Part shown: positions 50,491 through 61,342 of the stretch, piece after piece
How the letters are laid out: every line of letters begins with the position of its first letter
How positions within the stretch are numbered: position 1 is the stretch's first letter
Origin: Bigelowiella natans CCMP2755
Lineage: Eukaryota; Protista; Cercozoa
NCBI GenBank assembly: GCA_000320545.1
Contig: ADNK01001913.1
Coordinates: 1-64,000 of the forward strand
Reading direction: 5' to 3'
Length of the DNA stretch: 64,000 nt
Made by a program: the position numbers and the translations under genes
Notes under the pieces: model-generated
Seen by the model: the letters and a program-made list of their open reading frames with translations, nothing else
Told to the model about the DNA's origin: nothing
Database searches by the model: none

Positions 50491-51521
50491 TATATCCGAA
50501 GAAGTTTACGAAGTGTTCTATCAGTTTTTGGGCTCTCCTCAGCAGAATGGTGCTCCCCCAGCAGATTACGCCGGAAAACTCGTGGAGGGGGACACGAAGA
50601 TTGGATCTGTGGCACGAAATATATGGGTTAAGGCTCGTAGTTGAGTTATAGCTTAAAATGCTTCCATTATCTTCCTACGACAACCTTCAATCAATAAAAT
50701 TCTAAGCTGAATTGCTCCCTTCTTCTCTTGTCGCGCGACCTATTCATGGCGCCTTCGCGGCCCGCTCATTCGTCGATTTGGGTAAAATCATAAATGTCCC
50801 GGCGAACTTTGGAACTAAATCTCCTTCATTCCTGCGAAACATCGATGACTTCCGGTGCAGGTAGCGAGAATCATTCGAAATTTTCGGTGAAAGCAACCAA
50901 AATTATTCCGATGGGAAAATTGTGGTGACGGAAACTGCAAGACAAATCTCATGTTTACATCCGGTGATGCAGGCCTGAATGTTTGCCAACGGCAAGGATC
51001 TGAACGGGACGAAATGAAATGCGTGCACAATATTTCTAAAGAATTCTCTATTTTATCCGCCCATGCAATCTTACATAAAACGAGAAGTGGTGAGCGCAGT
51101 GCGCCGCTTGCTCTTGTCCCCTTTTACTTCAAAACGAATGGTGTACACTCGTACACAGTGGCGTGCAAGTCGTTCATTTATTTTACGTGCATCCGCTTGG
51201 GTTCGCATGCGGGTGAAGTACGAAATGAGATGAAGACCGAATTTAACCCTTTCGTCACGAACAAATGATCGATCTAAATTTTGAGGTAAAAAAACCCAAA
51301 AAGAAAAAGGATCGGGATTCACCATAAAATTTCCGATTAATTTCTAAGGAACGACAACGAATATTCATTGTCGCAATTCTACAATTGACACGTGACTACG
51401 AAGTCCACTTACTCCCGAGAGAAGGCAATCCCTACGTCCCGCCCCCCTTTCCCCGCTTTCGTGCTAACTTGCTTCCAGTTCGAACGACGGATCGTTTGGT
51501 TCGCGGATCTATCTCAAGCGC

Positions 51522-53942
51522 ATGCTGGTTTGAATTTGTTTCGCCTGCGTGTCAGGGCGATTCAGTGCAAATTGAGTGCAGCCCTGAAAGCATGACTACT
51601 TTTCCTTGCAACTTCATTAACTTCCCACAAGCTTTCCCTATTCATCCTTTCAAATACCACCCGTTACATTCATAGGCTGCTGATAGACTGGTAATTCAGT
51701 CGTCGCTAAAGCAAAATGCGATACAGTTGAAAGAGAAGGAGGTAGCATCGCATGTAGTGAGCACTTCTCTGCACGCACCCTTCGAAGTTACAGATCCCCC
51801 TCCTTTCTGCTTCGTTTGTTAAATGGAAAATGGAAGGATAGCCATACTGCTCTTTTGAGGGTTGATGGTATCGTTGATTTCCCTCTTCCTTCTCCAACCT
51901 CGCTGCTGTGCTTGTTATTATCAGCTGAATCTGCACAACACCAACTTCGGTAGCCTCGGAACGCAGTCGGCTGTGTTAGCTGGCTTCGCTGTCACCGCTC
52001 TCATAGAATTTGGCCCGCCCCCAGAGCCTCGAAATAAGTAGCAGCTAGAGATGATTAGCGAGTTGCATTATTGCGATAGAAGCTGAGATATGGCTGCTGC
52101 TGCTGCTGCTGCTGCTGGAACCTGTAGGTATCTTGAGCTGGCATACTATGCGTGCGTAATTACAAGCTTGGTGACGAATTTATACTGTGTCGCTGGCTCC
52201 ACATTCCTCAGTGTCTTTGCCACGAATTTAGCTCTTCGAGGTATGCGCGCACGCCACGTGTAGCGGTGTATGTTTCTACTTTTATCTCAAATAAACCGCA
52301 AGGCGAGTTGACGAAAACGTGGTTGTTTTGTTAAACTGTTGCGATATGCCTTTTCTCTGCGGTTTTGATAATCTGCCGGACTAGAACATCGGTGCTAGTT
52401 TTTTCCCAACTCGATTTTTTTTTCTCCAATATCAAAGAATTCGCAGTAGTTTATATGTGTCGGTAGTCAGTTCTCAATCACGGGTTTAAACGGCATTCCA
52501 GGTCCCGACGGGTCTGTAGAAAGAGCGGTGGAGGGCATGCATGAAGAGAGGTTCGCAGACACAATGATAATGATACTACAACGCATCAGCGGATAATAGT
52601 GTTGGCAATTACAACGACATATGCGTGCTTTGCTGCACTTGAGAGGAGAGAGGAATAAGATGGTGGAGTGCGCACAGCCATAGCCAATTCGACATGAAAT
52701 TCGGTATACAATTGAGGAAGATGGTAACCTCCATTTTTTGCCGGCTTGGCCCCTCTGTTTTCTATCTTTGTTAATAATCTCCATAATCCAATTTTGTTTT
52801 TGGTTTGAAGGAGGAATGTCTTCGCCGCGTTCGCAGCGGGTCTCGCATCCCTGCTCCTTGGAATGGTGAATGTGCACAAAACATCTCTCAACTGATACTT
52901 TCTAACGCCAAAAGAAGCAGCACAAGCCTGTTGTTACACACACGCGCAAAGTTGTGATCATATCTAACACTGCCATAATCACAGATATTTGTTGCTTGGC
53001 TGCTAATGTCCTCCGAGGCAGCTCTTCTGTCGACCTTCATTGTCGCGTGCGTAGAGTGTTCTGCATGCATCAGAATAACGATGTGCAGTATTTTATGCAA
53101 TTCTGATGGCATTTGACACACGTTTACATGTTTTGTTCCGTGGCGTGAACGTCGGGCATGCTGTGGTATAAACATCATCCGTGTAGTATTTCTATGCGAT
53201 CATGTTTCCCATCAATGAATATGTAGTACAGTGTGATTTACATGTAGTACGATATCCATCTGCGTTTGTGTGGTTGTGTTCTCTCTTTCTCTCCCTTTTA
53301 TGTGCGTGTGTGTGTGTGTGTATGTGTGTATGTGTGTGACGCAGATATGGAGGCTACGTGACATACTGCTTTGGAAAACGAACTGCGAAGATGTTTGCTT
53401 TCTCGGAAGAGGTAGTTCATCATGATTATGATCATATGATGACGATGGTAATAGTGATGATAATAACGATGTTGATAATCCGCCATATTGTCGTGACAAG
53501 TGTGATGCTGTCGTACTATGTGCTGCAACTATAACTATAACGCAGGATCGGAAGGAAATAGACGATTTCGTATCTACGGTGAGTAGAAAGAGGCGAATTG
53601 ACTTCGGACTAGAGGGGAATGGGGGAAGGATACATATATGTATAAATAGAGAACTATAAATAGTTTTTTCATATATTTATAAATGTTCCATATCGTTGCA
53701 ATGAAGCCTACTAGCTGGAAAAACAGAGGCCATGCACGCGCTCAGCGTGCTCCTTATCAGCACTTCAGAGACAATAAAAACACTTTTCCAAATCCCAAAG
53801 TAATCATCGTGTGCCCTTGAAATTGCATCCTTATTTTGCCCGTTCAACAAAAAAGGTTGTTTCGAGGTTTCCGTTGATTGCAAGGAGGCCAATGATGATG
53901 AACGCTGCTCCTGCTGCCAGCGAAGAAAAAAAAGAAGTTTGA
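51522..53942 (+). CDS. Orai-like four-transmembrane protein (CRAC-channel related)
   Basis: Ten phase-compatible exons. TM1 GTQSAVLAGFAVTALIEF resembles Orai TSALLSGFAMVAMVE; LALRGPDGS loop; four hydrophobic segments. Confidence 0.75.
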
Positions 53943-54129
53943 AGTTTTATCAATACACTTGTGGTTTTAACGTGGAGTTGAAAGGATCGTCGTAATACAC
54001 TCGTTGCCTTCAAGAGTTAGCCTACCGAGGTCTAAATGCCATTTTATAAGGATACATCTTGTATTCATTAAAGGGACAACATATTGTAGAATATGTAGAC
54101 ACAACGTTTACATTGTGTGTATTATACGC

Positions 54130-54560
54130 AGTACTTAAACATCTGCATGCAAACTGCGTCTACTGTGTAGCTGCTTGGCCACATGAGGTGGAATCGATGA
54201 TTGAGTGAGCATTCTGAAACCATTTGTTTGTTCTATGCACAGCGCGTGCAAGCAGCATACTAATCGCTGCTCTGTCACATCGCATCGATCACGACTTGTG
54301 CACGGTCTGGTATCTTGACGCGCGGTAGTGCAGCTAGAGAACAAATTGATGGTTTCAAAATTTTCACGTGATCATCGCACCGATTCGATCCACTTCATGC
54401 ATGTGGCCGAATAGCTTGCAAGATGCACAGTGAACACGGTTATAACATGCAGACGCTCAAATGTGCAACACACAACACGCTATGTGATCATGCTGAATGC
54501 AATCATCTAGCATGAACAATACTTGCACATATGCGCATATACGCATGTCCATATCATGCA
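54130..54560. other. Moderately TpA-depleted, TG/CA-rich zone downstream of the Orai-like gene
   Basis: Abundant TGCA/CATG/GATC and sparse TpA, judged by eye. Confidence 0.55.
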
Positions 54561-54656
54561 CATTTACATGTAAATAATGTAAGATAGAATTAATAATCAA
54601 ATTTCATGTACATGCATGTTTGCATGCATATGTCTATAGCTAGATAGATGTGAGTG

Positions 54657-54697
<41 letters not shown>

Positions 54698-54752
54698 ACA
54701 TATGTGTATAATATATATGCTATTACTGCGTCTATAATGTGTATGTACATAT

Positions 54753-54791
<39 letters not shown>

Positions 54792-54925
54792 CATGTATGT
54801 ACACATCTAGACATGTCAACACGTGTGCACATATGTGCACAGTGTCTACAATGTGATTTTTGCCTTGCTACGGCACGTCATGTCCATATAATAGACATAG
54901 TAATATAATATAACTATAGACATTG

Positions 54926-54964
<39 letters not shown>

Positions 54965-55342
54965 TTATGTTACATTACGTTGTCTAAAATCCATCACTGC
55001 GACGTCGCAAGGTCCCCGAACGGGTATGAATAGTAGATCCAGCATAGTTTCTAGTAATGGCCCTCCACCCCCTCATGTTTGTAGTCGTTATTCGTACATA
55101 GCTGCACTCAGTGGACAGCATGATTGTGCGGTACACATGCCACAAGTCATTTTGGTTGGTTTTGCATGCTGTGATTTCATAGGAACCCCTACTCTAATCA
55201 ATAAGTGTAATTTATCACAAGACCTGCACATCTAAGTTGTACTTGAGCCCAGAAAACCTCATGTCTGTGCTCACATGCATTCGATTTGTGCTTGGGCATT
55301 TCGGCGAGCATAACCCTATCCCATGACGATTATGTCTCCGTT

Positions 55343-55825
55343 TTACATGCCTTCCAGTAGCAGATACACGCCAACGCCAACTGTAATAGCTGTAATGACC
55401 GCAGTTGCAACAAGTGAATACAGCATTTTCCTGCAAAATTCTTCATCGACTTCCGCTTCAAAGCGCCTGCGGGCATCTCCCCTCTGTCGCTGCTTCTTAT
55501 TGGCCCTGTCACCTCTTACCAGCTTCGAAAGATTAATGGATATCATTCGAAAATTGTCGGCCGTGTTTTATAATAGTTGACAATCTTCCTCCGACGCGTG
55601 TAGCTTAGAATTGCACATTGGAATCACGCATCGTACGCCGAGTCGGCAGTGCTCCACTCCAGCTGAGACGAGGACAAGCGATTGAGAATTGCTGTTACTG
55701 ATCATGTCGTTCTTAGTTGATGATGAAAGCAACAACTTGGGATCTCGATCAATAATTCTTCGGATTGGAGTTGTCGCAGGACAAAAACATCCTGTGATTC
55801 TTCTTGCACTGGTTGGTGCACTCAA
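55343..55825 (-). CDS. Possible small protein with a C-terminal transmembrane helix; 5' part unclear or eroded
   Basis: Two ORF pieces; the last ends ...RKMLYSLVATAVITAITVGVGVYLLLEGM*. No clean start found. Confidence 0.35.
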
Positions 55826-57755
55826 AACTCATCACTCACATCTATCTGTTCTTGTTGCACGCACAAGTGCTTTGCTTCCCTTGCTTGCGTGCTGCTCAAG
55901 ATGAAAAGATCGAAGCACACCAAGGAGGAATACACAGGGAGAACAAAGAGATCAAGATTGCGCGAAGCCGCGCAGGTCATTGGTGAGAGGTGTTAGTGGT
56001 GGGGTCTAGACTGGTGAAGCACAGGCCCTCATCGGCTTCCACAATGAGCAGACGGCGAGAAAATGAAAACATTCGACTGTTCCTTCGTTTCTGTTCTTGG
56101 TGCTAAGTGATCATTGACCATTTGGAGAGCCACTTTGAGATGGATGAAATCCGTATTTCACCTCTGGATCACAGGAAATGGATGAGCATGCAAGAGAGCC
56201 AACTGCGCAAGGTGAGGACGATGTGCAATGAAGAGTCAACGCATCATGTTCTGAAAAGCTGTGGTGTTGCTGACATGATGGTGCTGCTAACAACTGCCAT
56301 TGTGATGATATTTCATTGATGTAATCCATTTTTGTTTCTGGATTGGAATGAGCGCAAACCAGCAGTTGACAGTGGCGAAGGATCAATGGTGCAAGGTGTT
56401 CTGTGAGATTTTCAAGGCTGAGTGAGGAAGCAATGTGCACATCATGCATTGCTACGGTTTGATGGCGAATAATGAAATGAAGGGATGGTTGCAGTGCACT
56501 TGCACAAGCAGCTGAGCAGCAAGCAGAGGGGGCAGACAGACGGTGGTCTGTTTGGATTCTGTGATTCTGTGTTGATGTGTTGACCTGATTGTGCATGCAT
56601 GCAGTGCAGGTCAGACACATCACGCTAGCCAGGGGAAAGTGCCCAAACCACATGCGTCACGTGGCGATACATTGTGCTGCAGCAAGGCAGGCAGTCAGCC
56701 TTGCTTCCTTTGTTGGCACAAAGGAGCTGTTTGCAAGGTCAAGCTCCTTTGATCGATCAAGGCCAGAAGGGTTCGAAAGGTGGTCATTTGGACACCGCAA
56801 AGTTTCTGGTCAATGCGAAGGCAAACATCGAGGCCAAGGATGCCCATGCCAGCATGGTGTGCAACACAATCCACCGCAGTGGTTTCGACTGCATTGAAGC
56901 TGCGCGGGATGATCAAAAAATCAGCTTCTGTGCGGCGCATGGTGGCCAATGGAACCAGACATCTAGGAAATGAACATGACCATTCAAGTGTTCATGCATC
57001 ACTTGTTTCATCGTGCTTGTGTTCATTCACATTGCGACTTGTGTGCGTTCACATCACAAAAGGCGTGAGAGACAAACTTCAGGCTGGTCGGCCACGCTGC
57101 ACGTGTGCATGCGCGAAATGCACGATGATCCAGATCGCGAAACAAGCTAGCAAGACGCATTTGTTTGATTGCATGAAACCCATTGCAGCTAGACAGTGCC
57201 GAGTGGAAACCAACCAATTCAACACTGGCGCTGCATCATCAGCCGTTGCATTCTGGCATTGCACAGCTGCACAAGGACGCAACCTGACCGCATGATTGAA
57301 CAAATTCAATTGATCAATTGCATCGATCCGTCTTGCACACACACACATACACACACACACACACACATGAACATGCACACGTGTGTGCACATGCATTGCA
57401 TTGTGTTCCTCTCAATGATCATTTGACGCACAACATTGAAGTGCAGCAGCGAACACATGGATTGCTAGATTGTGTTTGTCAAATGAGATGCGAAGTGCTG
57501 CATTCTGCATTGACACACATTGATGCTAGAATGGCTTGAACATGACTAGATGATGATGGCACAACAATGACAGGTGCGAGGAGAAAGTCATATTTCCTGA
57601 GAATCCAGTCTCTGCTACCGCTCTCATCACAATGATCATCACGATGGCAGCGTTGAACATTGCTAATCACTTTCCCCAGCCTCGACCCTTGACCATTCTG
57701 CGCCATCACAGCGTGAAGACTCAGGCTGACTTCATGCCTTGTGCCTGCAATTTGC
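55780..57755. other. Strongest TpA-depleted zone in the window (CTAG spared)
   Basis: Only 6 TpA in 56701-57540 (840 bp), 5 of them in CTAG (56963, 57147, 57189, 57465, 57526). Confidence 0.9.
56107..56973 (+). pseudogene. Degenerate gene relic including an ankyrin-repeat fragment
   Basis: KGGHLDTAKFLVNAKANIEAKDAH at ~56777-56848 fits the ankyrin consensus; surrounding frames are broken, His/Cys-rich and Tyr-free. Confidence 0.6.
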
Positions 57756-57756
57756 C

Positions 57757-58164
57757 CTATCCGAACAATGCTTGCGGGCAGAAAACATAAGAATAAAGAT
57801 CTACGAAAGTGTTGTAAGTAAATGAAAGCCAGCCCTCCTCTTCGGAGACATTTTCGACCACTGTTCTGCAAATTGGGCAACTTTGTTCCTCTCTCAGCCA
57901 ACGGAGGATGCACATTGGATGATAGGCATGCCCACAAGAAAGAATCTTTCGGTTCAGGTCATACGTGATAGTATTACAACAGATTACGCAAAAAGTGTTG
58001 TGAGGGTAGCTTTTCCCTGCCTTTTGGCTTTTGGTGTCAATGGGCAAACGAATCCTCACACACACGTGAGATTCCATGACCGCGGAACCTTCTGCACAAT
58101 GGCTTGACTCAAGCGAATTTCTCTTCTGTGTTAAATTTTTTTGCCGAAATTCTCTCTCATCCAT
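57757..58164 (-). CDS. Small RING-H2 zinc-finger protein
   Basis: CVICC...LSCGHAYHPMCILRWLREEQSCPICR. Confidence 0.85.
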   Translation of the reverse strand: MDEREFRQKNLTQKRNSLESSHCAEGSAVMESHVCVRIRLPIDTKSQKAGKSYPHNTFCVICCNTITYDLNRKILSCGHAYHPMCILRWLREEQSCPICRTVVENVSEEEGWLSFTYNTFVDLYSYVFCPQALFG

Positions 58165-58442
58165 AACAGGAAGAGCTTCTGTGCGAGGAAGGTTTTGAAT
58201 TGTGGTTGCTTTTCGGACTTCGGAAGCTGCGCACCTGACACCGAAGAGGAAAAACAGTATTGTTTGACTTGCTCACAGGGCGTTTTCCACAAGTCGCAGA
58301 TCGAAATTCTCGGAATTTCACTTTCGGTTCGATAATATCTTCATGTCGCAGTACCAAAATTCATCCATATTTCTACATATTGAACCGCGCGTGCCTCAAA
58401 ACCCAACGGAAATGCTCAAGTACCCGAATGTTTTCCAAATTC

Positions 58443-59801
58443 ATGCGCGATTCATCAGTGCGACAACAGGAAATCCGTGTCGTCCGGATTCCAAGCATAG
58501 GAAGCCATGGCAGGGAATGGGCTCCCCTGCTCGCTCTGTCTCTTCTTAGTGGTATTATTCGCTGTGCGATAACATTCGACCGTCAGTGGGACATTGTTTC
58601 GATCATGTGGGGGATGATGCAGTGTTGTTTAGAACTCCTTATAAATGAGAAAGTGAAAAATCTTCCTTCTATTTCCACATCTTACAGGTCTCCATTTCCG
58701 GAGCTACTGAATGGGTTAAATTCGATGTGTTCGAAACCGGCACGAGTTGCGGGAACTATGTCACTACGGTTTATGAGGAGATTGGTAAAATGTTCACTTT
58801 TCTTTTTGACAACATTTCTGACTATCTCCATTGTCTATTTCTTCATGACCTCGTGCTTCCTTGGCTCCGGAAAAAGGTGTTTGCATTGAGAGGTAGCGAA
58901 CACAGCTAAAAAACTAATAGAACTCAAACAGATCAGCCGAATCTAGTTCCAATTTATAGCTTTTGTTGCATTATCGATATCTTAGCTTGAAGATACTTGG
59001 AGTGTCTCATCGCTGGGACTCGTCTCTAGGACTCACGCGTTTTCGCTCAGAAGGCTGTCAGTTTACTCCAATCTCCAAGAAAGAGTATCCAAGAGGAACA
59101 TGCCAGGATGAAGTCATGGTATTAATAACCCAGTAGACACATGAAAAGCAAACAGATGTAGTTAAAGAAGAGCATTGAAATGAGGGATGAAAGTTAAACA
59201 TTCCTAAATCTGAACCTTACCCTTCTCCTTCGAAACCGGTCGTGCACGTGTATAGATTGTGAGAGGCAAAAAACGCGCCGGCTCCGAGGACATCTCCAAC
59301 TTCCCAATCGTTGGCTTGAAGTGCGAGTACCAGAAGGAGAAGCTCGGGCACACACTCTTCGGTGTTCAGAAGCAGCGCTGCATGATCGATTCGTTCGATG
59401 AAATCGGTTTTGGAGAGGGGCCTCTTAACAGCGACTCTTTGCAAAGGGTGCATTGTTCCCACGGCGATCTCGTCGCTGATTCCTGCGATTCAGGCGCTCA
59501 ATATTCGCTGGAGAGTCTATTAGGTTTGTTTGGTTTGAAAGATAGTCACTTGAGTGAGCTTTACCATCTAATTGCCAACGGGCATCTATGAGTCTACATA
59601 AAGGCTGTTGTCATCTCTGCGTTCAACTTCTGCGCGTCGATCAAAGAAACGTGCCTTTATTTCCCAACATTCAACTTCCTTCGAATCAATATTCAAGTTT
59701 CAAAAGCCCTTTCTTTTGATAATCGGCGTTTGTCCTTTGCCTGATGACCGTTTTTATCTTTTATCTTGCAGGGAGAATATCTGATTTTTAATGAACACAC
59801 A

Positions 59802-59852
<51 letters not shown>

Positions 59853-60558
59853 TGTACTTGCGTGCATGTGTGTGAATGCGCTTCGTTAACTGGTCCTTTC
59901 CCTGTCTTCCTTGCTATACCCTGCTTCCCCCGTCCTTCGCCTTCATTGCCATCTCCACTACCATTGCTTTGCAATGGCATCCACAGGATACCGCGTCTGT
60001 GGCCTTGACAATCCCAGCGGAATTGTGAGACTAAACGGTTGCGACACAAGAGTATTTCGAATGATGGCAAATCTTGGCTTAGATAGCTCTAAAAACGTCT
60101 TTGCCGCAAGGGCTTTTACGATTACAAGCGTGATGATTGCGATTATCATCACAAGTGGCCTCATCGTGACCACCATGGGCGTTCTCACGCTAACGCTTCA
60201 TCGTAGATATCTCATTCGGAGACTTCGTCGGTCATCTTACCACCACCAATATGAGCTGCAGCAACAGCAGCAGCAGCAAGAGGAGGAGGAGGAGGGTGAG
60301 GAGGGTGGGGAGGATGAGAAGGATGAGAACACCGCCCCGTCCTCCTTTGCGACTTCGCAAACATTAGTCGGCGCTGTTTCGCACAGGCTTGATCGCAGTG
60401 AGGCCACCGCTGGTGGCTGCAATGACGATGATGAGGATGATGATGATGATGATAATGATGATGGGGGCGGTGATGGTGACGCCCCAAACAGTGTGATGCT
60501 GTCCACATTGAGCTCATCTCACCTCGCCCCTTCTGTGAGAGAAAGGTCGAATGATTGA
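58443..60558 (+). CDS. Putative type-I membrane protein (signal peptide, Cys-containing ectodomain, TM helix, acidic tail)
   Basis: WAPLLALSLLSGIIRCA leader; AG/GT-bounded exons near 58688, 58993, 59256 and 59987; TM SVMIAIIITSGLIVTTMGVLTLTL followed by HRRYLIRRLRR and polyQ/E/D. Confidence 0.55.
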
Positions 60559-60559
60559 A

Positions 60560-61200
60560 ATTTAGTGCTCTTTCAGCCATTTACCACCCATGCACAATGA
60601 TACCGTTTCATGTAAACATCTGCTAAACACAATGGTGTGCATGCTAGCAGGCTAGAGGACATCTCAAACATGATGCTCCATCAAGCGGTTTCCTTTGGCG
60701 TAGAAATCAAAACAAAGAATTAGCTTCTAAACCTCTTGCTAGTGAAATTAGATGACATCTAGACATGGCATTGATGACAACGGGATGGTGCCGATTGCAT
60801 GCATGGCTGCTGGCAATTTCCATCATCAATTCGCCACCGCGCAGCGCTGTGCCGAAGCTGAAGTCCCTTTTGAACTTGCTATGTGTGCAAAACGAGTGTG
60901 TGCATGCGTGCTATATAGTGTCAGAGCCCTCTCGGCCTTCCTACAGTGATATTGATCGTGTCAAGCATGCGTGTCGTACATGCTGTTCCACAGCAGAGCA
61001 ATGAACGCAACTTTAGCTTTAGCAGCAGCAGTATCTGTGTGCATTCTAGGGCGCAGTTTGAGATCAATGAACATGCTAGCATGGGCGCAGTTCATCTTTC
61101 TGCCGCAAGGCAGGTAGCTCGATGAATCAGTACAAGGCTAGAAGGCCTTGATAAACGACGCAATGACATTTTGTTACATCTACATGCTAGCATGTAAGCT
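60560..61200. other. Moderately TpA-depleted, CTAG-enriched zone between convergent genes
   Basis: Residual TpA mostly in CTAG/CTA/TAG; many TGCA/CATG. Confidence 0.55.
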
Positions 61201-61342
61201 CAAAGATCTTCAGGATTGCCAGTGTTTTCACACTGTACATATAATCATACATCACTATAAAGAGCATGAATCTTACGAAAGCATCTTGCATATGTTCAGT
61301 CATATACATCCCATCTTGCTGGTCATGTGACGTTTGCGCAGA

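Noticed and set aside
58260-59760. Minus-strand frame with scattered stops suggesting a pseudogene or stop-codon reassignment upstream of the RING-H2 ORF
   Set aside because: Better explained as the antisense of a spliced plus-strand membrane-protein gene; other genes use standard stops.
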